From Tubulanus polymorphus (taxonomy: Eukaryota > Animalia > Nemertea), in assembly GCF_964204645.1 (NCBI RefSeq), contig NC_134028.1:22254345-22318344 (forward strand): a DNA stretch of 64,000 bases, given 5' to 3'. Each line of letters opens with the position of its first letter. Within the stretch, counting starts at the first letter, position 1. Positions 39,701 through 53,235 of the stretch are shown here, piece after piece. The translations under genes were made by a program, and so were the position numbers. The notes beneath the pieces are model-generated. The model was given only the letters and a program-made list of their open reading frames with translations. It had not been told where the DNA came from and made no database searches.

Positions 39701-42700
39701 TCATAATTTTAAAAACGACCTTACTGATCTTATTGCTCAATCACCTAGAAATCTTATAGTATTTTGCAATGAACTAATTGAACAAGCATTAATCCACCGA
39801 ATGATGGTCTCATTAGTATTTTTCTGTAGTGCTTTATTTGAATGTATATATCTATGCATGCATAGTCCTTATTAGTTACTCTATGTTATTTCTGCCTGTT
39901 TGTCGATCCAAACAACTAGATTGTGTTATTGATTTTTTTCTATAGCGTTTTTAGATCTGTAAAATATGTGTTGTCCCTCTAATACCCTTGAGTGTAAATA
40001 AACTAAATGAATAGAATATGTCCCAGTTCCTCATTTTCTACACACTCTTGTCATTCAATTCCTTATTATTCCGATCCTTTGTATAGATACATATCTTTTT
40101 CTGTAATTTTACAGGTATATAACAATCTTCTATAGTTTCATGTTTTTGTAAATGGCATTAAATCTGGAAAATATTGTTTGTTTCGTGTATATTCATGCTA
40201 GGATTTATTAGTAAATATATACTTCTTGATGTCCGGCTCTATAAACATATCGTCGAGGTGATGAGTGTAGGCCTAATGAATTTCGATCTGAATTTCAGTT
40301 TCCCTTCACACGCGAGACGCTGTCAATAAGATCTGCATCTGATACGAGACGGAGCGAGGAGAGAATACGCAAATTTATGCGCGCTTTCGCGCCTTTTATG
40401 AACACAAGTTTGCTCTCGTCGGAAAACATCGTTTTCCACATCGAGTCGCGGTTGAAAAACATTTCGCGCCGGCGTCTTATGAAAATATGATTGCGTTTAA
40501 CGAGCCAACAACGAAGAGTTGCCAAAGATTCCGATATGGCCAAATATTTGCACTACTCTCTTCGGTAGCATATTTTTCGGCGTCTATTTATTCGGAGAGG
40601 AATCCGTGTACAAATTGGCGCATTCCTGCTTTCATTAACGGAGTAATGTTATGACTCAAGGCGATGCGCATATGCAATGCATCGCCAACTATATACGGAG
40701 TTGAGAATCGTTTTCGCGAAAGGAAAAATTCGACGACGAGTTTGATCTACTGGGGCCAGTCACGCTGTACGAGACGTTAAGATCTAGTCTTAGGGTCTTA
40801 AGTCGATCTGAGAATTTAAGACCGGTTTAACGTAAAATGTATGGCCACTTTGCAATTGGGCCGTAGGATGGGTATTAACAATCAGAAAAGCTTAATGATT
40901 TGAAAAAATAGTAACGGAATTTGACTTGGAGTGTTAATTCATCAAAGCTGTAGAAATTCTTTATTCTTTTTTCTTAAATTTTCCTCAATAAATTAGAAAA
41001 GTAAATTGAAATTGAAATTTGACATGATCAATATTTTGCATCACATTCTGATCACACGCATTAACAAGCCGTGACAAATGGAATAGAAAAATAAAATAAA
41101 AACAGTTCCATATTTTACCACGGTATATCTCGCCTAAATCCGACAAACAGTGGTCCGCGAAAGTCATTTAAGATTGGAGAGAAAATACTTTAGGAAATCT
41201 GAATATCGTTTCGGTTTTTCGAAGTTAATCCGAGTTCTTGGTCTTGTCCGAGTAGGATGAGACATACTGGATACCCTAATTTTATAATCATCTCGTATCG
41301 AATGTCGTTCTGAGTCTGGTGCGGGTGACACGACGTCACACCGTCAGACGATATGAACGGCTTGCTTTGCGTGAAACAAATATTTGCCGAAATATGTTGC
41401 AGACAATAATTGCCCGCGTTATGTAGTTACTTTCATTTAGATCATATCTGATATCTGGTGCCTGGGGGAGGGGGTGGATATGAGCGGCCAACGATTCGAC
41501 CATCTGGCTTTTTTCCCGGATCAGTTCAATCAACGCGATCGGAACTGACATCTTAACGGTACATTCGACCGATCATCGATGACGTATACGCGTTTGTTGA
41601 CATCGGATTTTCCGGGTGTCTAGCTTATAATTCTATCAAAGGCTTTTAGTTCGCGTTTCTTAAATTGTTATCATTAATTTTTTATGGGTACATTTACGCT
41701 GTATCGCTTTTAGTTAGAGAGAGAGACAGAGAGTCCATTCGTTTTTAATCCGGGATAAACTCGACATGAAAATAATCGGTTCCGACCGGGGTTCCTAATC
41801 CGCGCTATTGTCCGCGCACCCCGTATTATAAGCGCCGGTTTTGTATACGCCGGCCCATCGTCGCGGTGGACTGCCCCCTCGATTAAAACGCCAGAGAACA
41901 CGACTAATTGTTTGATCTCGCGTTCGCGAAATGTGAAAAACACAAAAGAACGAATATCCAGCGTGTATTATAGTTGGGAAAAAAGTCTCGCACAGAAGGT
42001 AAGCGCGATGGGGAGAGAGAGAGGGGAGAGAGAGAGAGGCAGAAAATCCTCGCCGCCGGCATAGCGCAGATTAATACTGACGGTCGTAGAGCCCATCAAG
42101 ACAACCGATTCGGGGCCATTGTGTCAGCGACCATATACTCGCTGCGAATTAGCGGCTTAGCGCCGAAATGAAAATCCAGTTATTGGGATTAATTCGACAG
42201 TTGGTGTAGACTTCATTCAGTTTCTGACAAAGTATGCCTACTCCTGATAATCCCTGAATGAAACCAGCAAAACTATTTCGCCAGCAGATTTGTCTCAAGG
42301 GTCGCGTCGACGCCTCGCATATCTTCTTTACTCGGCGCTGCACATGTCAAGGTTTTGGAAACAACTTTCGGGGTTTACAAATTCAATCAAAGCAATTCTT
42401 CGCCGCGAGCGTGTTTTCTTTAAAAAAAAGTGTTTAGCTTGTTCGAACAGAAAGTCGATCGGGTCGGGGGCCCGTAAGGGCCGCGTCTGGTGCGCTTTGA
42501 GGAATAAGAAAATATTTTTTAAAAATCACGCATTCACTATAATCTGCGGTATGCGACGATATACAATATCATCAACATAATTCAGATGATGTCTATGATT
42601 ATTTAGATTCGGGGATTGAACATAGAAAAAAGGAAGGTGTATAGAGAATTCCACACTGAAATCCGAAAAGTTAGATGTTTTGAAATAAGGAAGGTAATGA

Positions 42701-43254
42701 AAAGAAATGTTTTCACAGAACTCGATACGGTTCTACAGCGCCAGGTTGAGCTTGACTTAAGAGAAAATCAGTTTATTTCCGATGTTTTGTCACTCGAGTT
42801 TTAATCAAGAACTATGTGGAACTGGTCCAGACTCCGATCGGATTACCCGATTTGAGCCGACGGACGATGAACTGTTACGTGAATAGGATGAGATAAACAC
42901 TTGCCAATTGGACAAGTTTGCGTTCTACGTACGAGACCCGGGTTCGATCACCGGTGAGTGCGCGTAATTTCTTTGTCACTTCCCTTAATCCTCACAGAAC
43001 CAAGAATACGTATGTTGACCGACCAATGTTACTGAATATCATCCCGATTTAGTTTCGATTGACACGAATAACTAAACCCAACGCACTCGACACAGGGAAA
43101 CAGATCGGAATCATGTTTCTGTCCCCTGTTTTCGCGTTTCTTCGCGTCGAATTGCCCATTCTACAATGGCGGATCATGCAGTTGATCACAATATCCGTGA
43201 TAAGACAATAACTGTAAGATTGAACGATAACCATACTCAAACGTGGTGAACGGA

Positions 43255-43560
43255 TAATAAGATAAAAACCCACTGTCTACAGATTAAAAGAATTTAAAAA
43301 CAAGAATTTATTTATTCAATCTAAAATATATCGAAGACACGACGTTTCAATAAATAAATTCTTGGTTTTAAATTCTTTTAATCTGTAGATAGTGGGTTTT
43401 TATCTTATTAACTGTAAGATCCCACTAAAATAGAATTAATGACTGAAACGTTTATTTGAAATATAGACATATTTCGGGTGGTGATGAAGGGTGGTAGAAA
43501 CCAACCGAAATATTTCATATTTCAAATAAACGTTTTAGTTATTCACTCTATCATAGTGGG
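43255..43560. repeat. Two adjacent long inverted repeats, probably Penelope-like pseudo-LTR remnants
   Basis: IR1 arms 43255-43316 / 43349-43410 (62 bp, 2 mismatches); IR2 arms about 43421-43464 / 43517-43560 enclosing tgatga...cgaaa. Confidence 0.7.
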
Positions 43561-46097
43561 ATTTTACGCCTATTCTACTATGGTGTATGGGATCGAGCGG
43601 TCTCGTGACGTCAGAGCCTGACGTGCGTACCGTGAACGAGTATCTAATAAAGACCTATTTCACGGTTTTTTAAACGCCGACAAAAGCACGCTAGAACTGA
43701 CTAAGTGTTTTTGATGAATTGAGCACACGTATCTCGAACTTTCCCGACGGCTGCGAAACATCGCAGATATTAGCTTACACCTGCGCGGTAAACATTTTTA
43801 CTGAAACCGCTATTGTTTAGATTCAACTGCCGTGCAATTTGCGGCGCGCAAAATACGCGACTTACATACCAACCGCGAGTCGGGACCCGACGAGCGTTCG
43901 TGCATGATTAGACACGGTACCGTACGACGTACAACAAAACGCATTAAAGAAGCGACCCAAATTAAATTGTCCCGGCAAGATTTGATTCTACGGCTGTTGA
44001 CATTGTCGGTATGCTGCTGTTTGTCGAAAGGATGTTTCAAACAAGCCCCTTTGTAGCCTGCATCTAAAAAAAAAAACATATCAGTCTTTGTTCATCGTTG
44101 GAAGTAACTTTTTGTGGCCCTCGCACGATATTCTGTTCACCGTATCTGAAGATTATACAACGGCATGCGGGGGCCAGTACCTTTAGTTCCAAAATTCGAG
44201 TTATTCATTTATTAGAATTCACTAAAACGAAACCACAACGTTTCGGCTAATTGCTATCATCGGGTCGAATGATAATGATAGTCAACACCCGAAACGTTTT
44301 GGTTTAGTGTACACGGATTAGAATGTTTTATTCGACTACTAATCTTAGTTCGACAGCAAAATTAAATATAACACTTTATTTTCATTTTTCAACAATAGAT
44401 TCTATTTTTTCTTTAAACTTAACTATACAAAATAACGTGATAAATTGTCCACAAATCGTCCGACGACATTATACATGGTTGAAAACAGTAAAATATAGAT
44501 GCATATGATTATTACTTTCGTTTGATTGAAGGTTAATATTTTTTACAATAGCAAAATGTATATCAACTAAAGGCCCTTCTTACGATTTAAGACCAATTTC
44601 GTCGCTTCGGTCATAACGACTGTGTAACTGGACCCCCGGGTTACGATTCAACCACCATTTTGGTGTCGAACTTAATCGAGAAAAGACTGAAACCTGTTTT
44701 CAAATAGGCAAATATCCGTCTAAATCTTTTAGATTTGTAATCAATGAATAAATAAAATAGTAATAGCAAATAAAATGAATTATCTTTTTTTGAAAAATAC
44801 AACAACATTGAACAATATCCTCGAACTGTCTCCAGGCGGTCACGTATCACGCCAGGACTCCAGTGCCTAGAGTGTATGCGTAAGTTCCCCGAATCAGCTG
44901 TTATGGACATCCTTGTCATGGGTGGTCGGTATCGCTTTCCTTGTGCTCATTGTTTATTGATATCTGTCAAGAGTCTTTTCATTTGAGGCGATTCGGGCCA
45001 GTTTTTGCTGTCATATTTGACATGAAAGTGTAAGCTTTATACACGTCCGAGTGTTATTCTGGTGTACAACTTGAAAGTTGAATATACACCACGCAGACGA
45101 GGCGATGCCGATTTTGTTGTTGGTTTCTTCTCAGAATTTTAGAAACTGTGTTTCTATATTAGAAAAATCCAGCATGTTGACTAAAATACCCACAATTGTG
45201 TGAAGAAACACTAAATGATTAGGCCTAGTGATGTTTCGACGTTCTAAGAGCCATTTTCAAAATGGTATCTGAGTCAGTTTTGGAAGTGGCTCATATAGTC
45301 GCAACATCTCTTAGTTTTTTTTCGTAATTGTTGCTTTTTCTTCAATTGAATTATAGACACAGTCACTTGTCCACGGAAACTTGCCCCGTGTTCGTTTATT
45401 ATGATTATTCATAATTCAACCGCAACAGAATCGCAACCATCAAAAACTCGTATCCCCATTTGGGAGAAATCACATCCGAGCAACTCTACTCTGGGCCCAG
45501 GAGTCACCTATCTGAATCTAGCCGAAATGACGTCAAGAGCAAAATACAAATTTCATAGTATCGTTTTTTCAATTGAAATTTCGAGATTTCGATATATCTC
45601 CAGGACGCTTCCAAAGATTCGAGATTCAAATGATCTACCGTCGAGATTTATCGGAAACCAATTTTCCAAAATCCTATTCTACGTATCGTTGCCAATTATT
45701 CGAATAAAACGAATGTCTTTCGAACGTAAAATTCTCGGAATATTTGAACGATTCTTTTTTTAAAGTGTAAAGAAATTCGAAATCAATGATTAACACCGGC
45801 AGCTTATATGAAACGAGGAACGTCTTCGACTTGCCCTTTCAGAAAACATGTAGTGGATTGCAAATAACTGTTCAAGAGTAGACAAACATTTACTGACATA
45901 TTAGACGGTAGTATTGGGTCTTATGGGGCTAGGATGTTAAACAACCGTTTGACAGCGACACAATGGACCGGCGTTGCGTAGACTTGTTCACAAATACAAC
46001 AATTCGATACAAGGAAGTAATATTCCGGTATCGAGTTTCGTTCGGTTTTCGGATTTTTCAGATTTGATGCTGTGTCGGTGAGAAACCAGCGAGGAAA

Positions 46098-46320
46098 GGG
46101 AGCGGGAGAGGGAGAGGGAGAGGGATGGGGAGAGGGAGAGGGAGTCGGAGACGGAGACGGAGACGGAGACGGAGAGGGAGAGGGAGAGGGAGGGGGAGAG
46201 GAAGAGGAAGAGGGAGAGGGAGAGGGAGAGGGAGAGGGAGAGGGAGAGGGAGAGGGAGAGGGAGAGGGAGAGGGAGAGGGAGAGGGAGAGGGAGAGGGAG
46301 AGGGAGAGGGAGAGGGAGAT
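46098..46320. repeat. (GGGAGA)n hexamer microsatellite
   Basis: Direct reading; explains the (GE)n, (GR)n and (PS)n ORFs. Confidence 0.95.
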
Positions 46321-47485
46321 GGCTCGCCTTTTTGTAGAATAAACCAGATGTAGATTATAAAACCTTTAAGTTTCAACAAAATTTCGGAACTGTGAATGAC
46401 CTATGTACGTAGGCGTGAGAGGATCGCATTACAGCGGCCATATTGCTGTCACCGGCAGATGACGTTAGTTGTTGGAGAGCATCTAAACATGAACTTATCA
46501 CTCGCAAATCATCGGAATTGATAACTAAAAGAACCGCTGTATTGAGAATCCCTCGCTTGCCGGCGGCGGTATGCGTTAATTCCGCTCGTCTACGACACTT
46601 CACTTCTTCTCAAGACGTTAACGTTTCTTTCTTCGCCGAACAGACGCCGCTGACGTTAACGTCGACCGTTCACGCAATATTTACCGTAGGTTAAAGCAAT
46701 CGAAATCGTTTATAAAGCAACAATTTTCGATGTTGTCGCCGCGTCGCCAGAAGCGCCTCATTTCAAAGTTAATTATGTGATATTGCTACCTGCGGGCCAG
46801 ACTGAAGTGGCCAGCGTGCAGGAAATGATACACATAGTCTGTGTTGATTTTCGGGCTCTTACCTATACAAAGAAATTAAAATTTCTGGCTCAATTAAGTC
46901 CGTTATTTGCCCAACACGGAGCAATGTTTGTCCGTCTTACGGCACCGTTTCTAATCTAGTTATTACACGGATTTCATCGTGTAGCAGTTTCTTGGTTAAA
47001 CAAGAGAAACAGCTTTACGTCTTGCGGCGACAAGGTCCCTTTTACCGTCGCAATTTTCTAATAAACGAAAGTTCGTCGTCGGCGGACTTGTAACGACGAC
47101 ATCGCAGTCTCGCAAACAGAGAGCTGAAGTTACTTTTCCCCCGACGAGTGTCGTATAGCGTCTAGGCGCTGCATCGTTCCGATTTATTTTCATATAGATC
47201 GTTCGAAATGAAAGGAAACATTCCAGTACGTTATAGATTGGCCGAATGAAAGTTACCGATTCAGTACGTAGAAAACGCTTTAGAATGGTAAAACACTAAA
47301 CACTGTTATACTTAAAAAAGTCTACGTTGTATTTCCTTCTTATTATGTTAAACGTGTGTATATGTCTACTTGATATTTCTCTAGATTATCCATTTCGTTG
47401 AAAAAAAAAAAACAATTAAATTTGTTCTTTCCTGTACTTTATTACTGTATAAACCGATAATATGCGTTGTATTTCATATAAGTAA

Positions 47486-47620
47486 TAAAGTTATTTTGAT
47501 TTGATTTCATATGATTGGTATAAAGTTATTTTGATTTGATTTGATTTGATTTGATTGGTATATAAAGTTATTTTGATTTGATTTGATTGGTATGAAATTA
47601 TTTTGATTTGATTTGACTGG
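47486..47620. repeat. Minisatellite of (taaagttattttga)(tttga)n(ttggta) units
   Basis: About four units of 30-45 bp. Confidence 0.8.
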
Positions 47621-50600
47621 TAAAGATAAATCTGTCATTGCTGGGATGCTTTGCCTCAGACTCTAGCTGCCTTTATGGCGCGCACGCAAGATTTCGTAGA
47701 TGCTCCAATCATTTTTCGAGTGTACCTGAACTTATTGTGCGGCTATCCTCGTTGAAACTAACCTCTTTCGGTTCGTATCGATATGCAAAAAATCACGCAA
47801 ACAAATTTTCCGCGCAGTTTGTCCACATTTCCGTACGACAGATCATTGGCTTTGATTCGCCGGGTTCGCCGGGTACATGTCGATAATTTGTAATCGCATC
47901 TTCGACGCTAGTGCCGACAACCAGTCAAGAGGGGCCCATTCGATATCGAAATTCTAGCGACGCGCGCCTCGCAGAATCATGTTGCAATGGGCCTCTTCAG
48001 TAACGGATTGTAAATTACAAAACAAGTGGTTGAAATTGGTTTTTTGTGAGTATTATCTTACACGCTTATCAGTAATGACTACGCCGAACAATTGTATCAT
48101 CTGTAGTCGGTGGTATCGGATTCGAGCGATCCAAGAAAACTGATAGTTTTTCGAGCATTTTCGTCAATAGAGTATAGAACGCCTAGTACGTTGTAATACT
48201 ATTACGCTGATGCGATGGGTTTTAATATTTTCAAGTTCCAATTTTGCGCGGAAATCCATTTCTCAATTTCAAGTATGAAAAGTATTGACTATCCATGCAT
48301 TTCTTGGTTGCATTTGTTTACGATTCTTATTCCAGAATTTTCCCCGAAAGAATCATCCTGATTTTATCATAATATTCTTGTATTTTGGGAAAGAAGGAAA
48401 CTGGCACAAAATGCATTGAGTGAAATTAAGGCAAAGGTGATTAAGTGAATAATGCTATGAAAGTGTATTCTAATAAACGTGTATTCTAATAAATCACGCC
48501 GTCGTTCCCGTTTTCATAAGGAAACATTTTTTATTTGGAATGATATTCAAAATTTGGCTGAATTGATAAGTTAGAGAAATTAAGCAGGAAAAAATGTTAA
48601 ATTAAAAATGTTAGATTTTAAAGAATATCAGCTCATTTCTTTATCATGGCGTTTGATCTTTGGACACGTATTTTTTTTTTCTTTTTGGTTATCCGTACAT
48701 TTTTGCACAAAAATAATATTCAAATCAAAACCCATCTCATAAATCGTAACTATAATCTACTGTTTGCATTGACATTTTCTACGATTTGTGTTTCAACTAT
48801 TTTTACAGTGTTTTGTGTCACTAAGTTCGTTGATTTTCTTATTATCATTTTTTTCTAAATTCTCTTCTGGTAAAAGCAGTTGGCGAAACATCGGACCATG
48901 GCCAATTCTACATCGATCAAAAAACCATCTTTTGGAACTATATTGAAACCAGTGAAATTATTAGATTTGAAAATCGCCAGAAAAAAAGTTAAGCAACTGA
49001 TGATTATAGATATTTTTGCCGAATGGATCTCTCAAATGTTTTGATCAAAGTGAAACTAAGTTACTGCTACAATTTCCCGATAGTTCAATGCGTGAAATTC
49101 TGTGCATGCGTGTGTGTGTGTGTGTGTGTGGAGCCCTGCATTCGGCGATCACTCCAAATCTTATTCTAATGCGCACAATTCGTATTCCGTTCTATCATTT
49201 TTCCCTGTATTGACGCATTTATATGAATACAAGATTTCAAAGTTGGCACATCACCGATGCGCCTCTCGACTTTTCTGTTTTACTCGAACGAGACCGAATA
49301 TATATATTTTTTTTTTTTTCATTTTGAATGGTCGTGTTTCTGTTTACAAACTCATTGACTTTTTAAGTTTTAGAGGCGACACAAGGGTACGCAGATGGTG
49401 AAGGGGCTTTCAAGGGACTACAAAAATATGGCGATAGTGGATTTTTTGGAAAATATCGTTCACAATAGAACGTTATTATTCATTATATGGCCGCAAAATA
49501 TTTGGCAATTTTTCTGTATAATCTATTTCCAATTTGCAATGAATCTTCTTGCGTGAGTAACACAGCAACCGATCAAATTTGATATAGATATTCGAATATA
49601 TTTTGCCTTCATTCCATTTCCAAAACTAAAAAAAAAATGAATTCTACAAGATACAAGAAAGAAACCAGTAAATCTAAGTCGATCAAAAGGATACTGCTTC
49701 TCAAATCATCCACCGATTGCGTTTTAAAATAATCGCTTTTTCTACGTGGTTTTCGTGAATTCTTCTAATAAGTTTTATCTAATTTCACTCCTCGGTTATG
49801 ATTTCGATTTTGATTTCGAAAAAATTAACGACAAAAGTTGTCGCATGCATACGAAAGCGTAAAGGGCGTCGCCGAGAATATACAAGAATTAACCACGCAT
49901 TTTTTTTTTAAAATAGATATGTCCACAGGACGCTTCCGTAATTCACGGTCAGTAAAATGAAATAAAGAATATTGCAAAATACTTATCAAAAATTATGCTG
50001 GACCCTCCCACCGAACACAGCACCATTAGATATATGATTAACAAATATGGTAAATATAATGACAGTTTCGCATCTACGAGTGCCGCCCTTTATATTTGCT
50101 TTGCGCTCTCGTGTTCTTTATCTATACGGAGATATGTGTCACGTACTCGGTGACGTAGCCGTCGACGCGTATTCGTGTTATTGAGTCTCTCTGCAAATGT
50201 TCAACATACTTATGTATACTCGAATGAAAACTATCAATATATGCGCATTATACATTATGCGGCAGGCATATAATTAATATCGCCACGACGTATTTTATTC
50301 CGCGAATGGCGAAAAATCGACAATACAAATATTACACGACATAGGAAAACTATTTTTTGCTTTGTAGCTAACGTGTTTGTATAGAACAAGTTGTTACCGC
50401 GTATAATTTCCTTTTTCCATATATACGTTTACACTATAAAATATTTCTTTCCTCTGGCCGAGTATCGTACATTTGACGACGAATATTTCTTTTAGATATT
50501 TCTTATAAAAATTTTTCTGTCGCGTTAAAAAAATCGTACTACTCAGATACTTAAGCGTAAGTCTCGATGTATTAATTGAGGCAGACAACAAAGTTTACCC

Positions 50601-53235
50601 CAACCAGTCACTTGCGGGTTCAGGCTAGTTGGAAGATTGTTAGAATGGACCATAACCGACATTTCAAATTATGTACTTCGATTTGAACAAACAGAAATCT
50701 GTAGATTTCGACCGCCGATCACACAACTATATCTGTACATCTACGAATTCCGATTTCAGAACCAAACCCCCTGTTTCGATCCCGGTAGGTGTGATGGGTT
50801 TGTAAGGGACACAAATCAAAACAAATCAAACGAAATCAACCGATCAAGTAATTAGCGGGGTCAATCCCTATTTTAAGATAAAAAAGTCACTAATTGCGCA
50901 ATCGTTTGTTATATATATTTCAATGTCATTTTTCCATTCATTGCAAAATCTTAGGTTAATTATGATAATAGTAATAATTTCAATTTCTAATTTTATACCG
51001 CCTTACACACGCACTTCAAAGCGGTTTACAATGACAATAATTGAAGTAATTAGAAAAACTGATTAGAAAAAGAACTAAAACGTAAGTTTGAATAATATCG
51101 GGAAAACATATACGTTTTAAGACCAACTATAGAATCAGAATTTATCGCTGATGATATCATTTATTTTTTTGGGGTAAGTAATAAATTGTGATAATGGCTG
51201 CGTACATCTTGTTACACGTTATTTCAACCGGATTGCTAACGCGGTCAAACGGTTTAAGCTTGTTGATCGTTCGAGTCTGTAACGTATACTAGTCATCGGC
51301 TAATAACTCGTATGATTAACGCAAGAACTTTCACGGAAGCGAGCGACACAGCTGGGCTCTATAAACCCAGAATCCGGCCTAGGCTGAATCATAGCTCAAC
51401 GCGCGGAGCCGTTGCGAAAACATCATTAAACCGGGGCGGACCTAGCCCGCTTTAATCAGTCTGAGTATCGGTCCGCGTGGCAGCTAATTTCAGACATGTG
51501 GACCCGATTTTCATGACCGCAAATGGCCAATTAGTTCTTCAAAACGACTGCTCTTCGTGTTTGCGCGCTCGGGATCCGTCAATTCTGGGTAAGACCTGCC
51601 GTCGCGTGTATATATAAGTCAATATTTACCCGGCGAATAGAAATATTTTCATATCTGTTTATCATTGAACGATCCATCTTCCCCGTCGTGCTTTTTATTC
51701 CGTTTGCTTTATTAAGCTTCTATGGAATGAAAGGTAAAAAAGGTGTAATCTGCGTTATCTACAGATTAATGCAGCCCGGAACCCTTCCATACCTCCCAGG
51801 GTCTCGATACTTGATCATAGTTCTCACATATTCCAGATCGTCCAATTTAGCCAGTTGCCAGATTGTTAACGCTTAGATTTTATTAGCAGTATGCAAAGAT
51901 GTTGAGCGTAAAAATTGCTACGATTTCAAATTGACTAAACTATATCGTGGTTCCAGTGCCTTGCAATTTCTAGGTTCAGCTCTATCATTATTACTATTAA
52001 ATAGATTGAAGACTGACTACGACTCAATTAGACTGATGTCTAAGACTCAAACATTTTATAACGACGAAACGTGGTAACCGATTCACACTTGTGGTATTTT
52101 ATAGTTTTTATTCCCATAATCCGATCACAAAATTGAGAACATGGAATACATAACCATCCCTTCAGAGAATCTTAGTCGTAAACGTTTTTATGGTCAACCA
52201 TAAAACGGTAAAAACAGTTTTTATGCGCACTGAACCACGGTCGGTTCTCGGCTTCAGTTGTAGAAATCAGGTGAACCTAATCGACGATGTTTTCATAATT
52301 GTTTATTCATAAAACAACGCATCAATGTTCAGAGTTATGATTACGTTCGTAAAGTTTACCCTGCACGTCTGGAAGTCGTGTATAGGTTTATTGGCTGCGG
52401 TCGATAGTGATTTCTGCGTCGACTCGTACGCGATATGTAAACATTTACGCGTTGAACGCGTTCCAGGTGGACTGGACTCGTTAGCGCCCGCCGAAAAACA
52501 AACCCGAATTCATTCGCGACATCTATATCTATTCAACCGCAAGAAATCTGAAAATCCCTATCCGTAAATAATTTGGTTTGACTTATAGAACGATGGTTCT
52601 AAGTTCAACTTCAATTTAAGGCACAGCCAAGGGTGAGCGCAGGAAACCCTGCTAGCTTTACCGTGGTTTAATGGTCCATACGTGGTTATTGTGCACTTAA
52701 TGCGGTTTCTCCTCAATATGACTAGCATAACACATCTCACAGAAGCGGATAAAAATTTCACAATCTATATCAACGTTTCACCTGCAGGAAGCAATCGATT
52801 TGTATTGACAATTTATATCACATATTCTATTCAGTAACAGTCACGTAGAGAAAATGTAAGTATGAAAGAATGATATTTACAGTATATCATGCGCACAATG
52901 AGTTGTTTAAAGCTTATGTTGCGTCTAGACCGGGTTTTCGGGTTGATCCTGATATCTGATTGTTGGTGCCAGCAGCAGTTCGTATCTCTTCACGAGAAAG
53001 AAAGTCACAAAACTAACGTTAACGCTAAAAATCGAAAATCCTACCAGATACGATATGATACAAAAAAGCCATTAGCATGTGGTATTTCAGAGAATTTTAT
53101 TATCAATTTCAAGATTTGCTAGACAAATGTTTCGATAGAACGTTACAATTTAGTGAAGTTTGTATAAGTGAAATATATACGGATCGAGAAGTGGTTGTTA
53201 TATGGTTTGTATTCTTTAAATAGTTGTGCATTCGG

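Noticed and set aside
42880-42965. tRNA-like segment with B box (cccgggttcgatcaccgg); other B-box words at about 20920-20970, 24915 and 38160
   Set aside because: No cloverleaf or A box could be built; at most tRNA-derived SINE debris.
47486-47620. Regularly spaced repeats considered as a CRISPR-like array
   Set aside because: The spacers are themselves (tttga)n, the context is eukaryotic and no cas genes are present.
52360-52548. Exon-like minus-strand segment below the orphan upstream block, considered as a fifth paralogue
   Set aside because: Stops in all three frames from the acceptor and no similarity to the cysteine scaffold.
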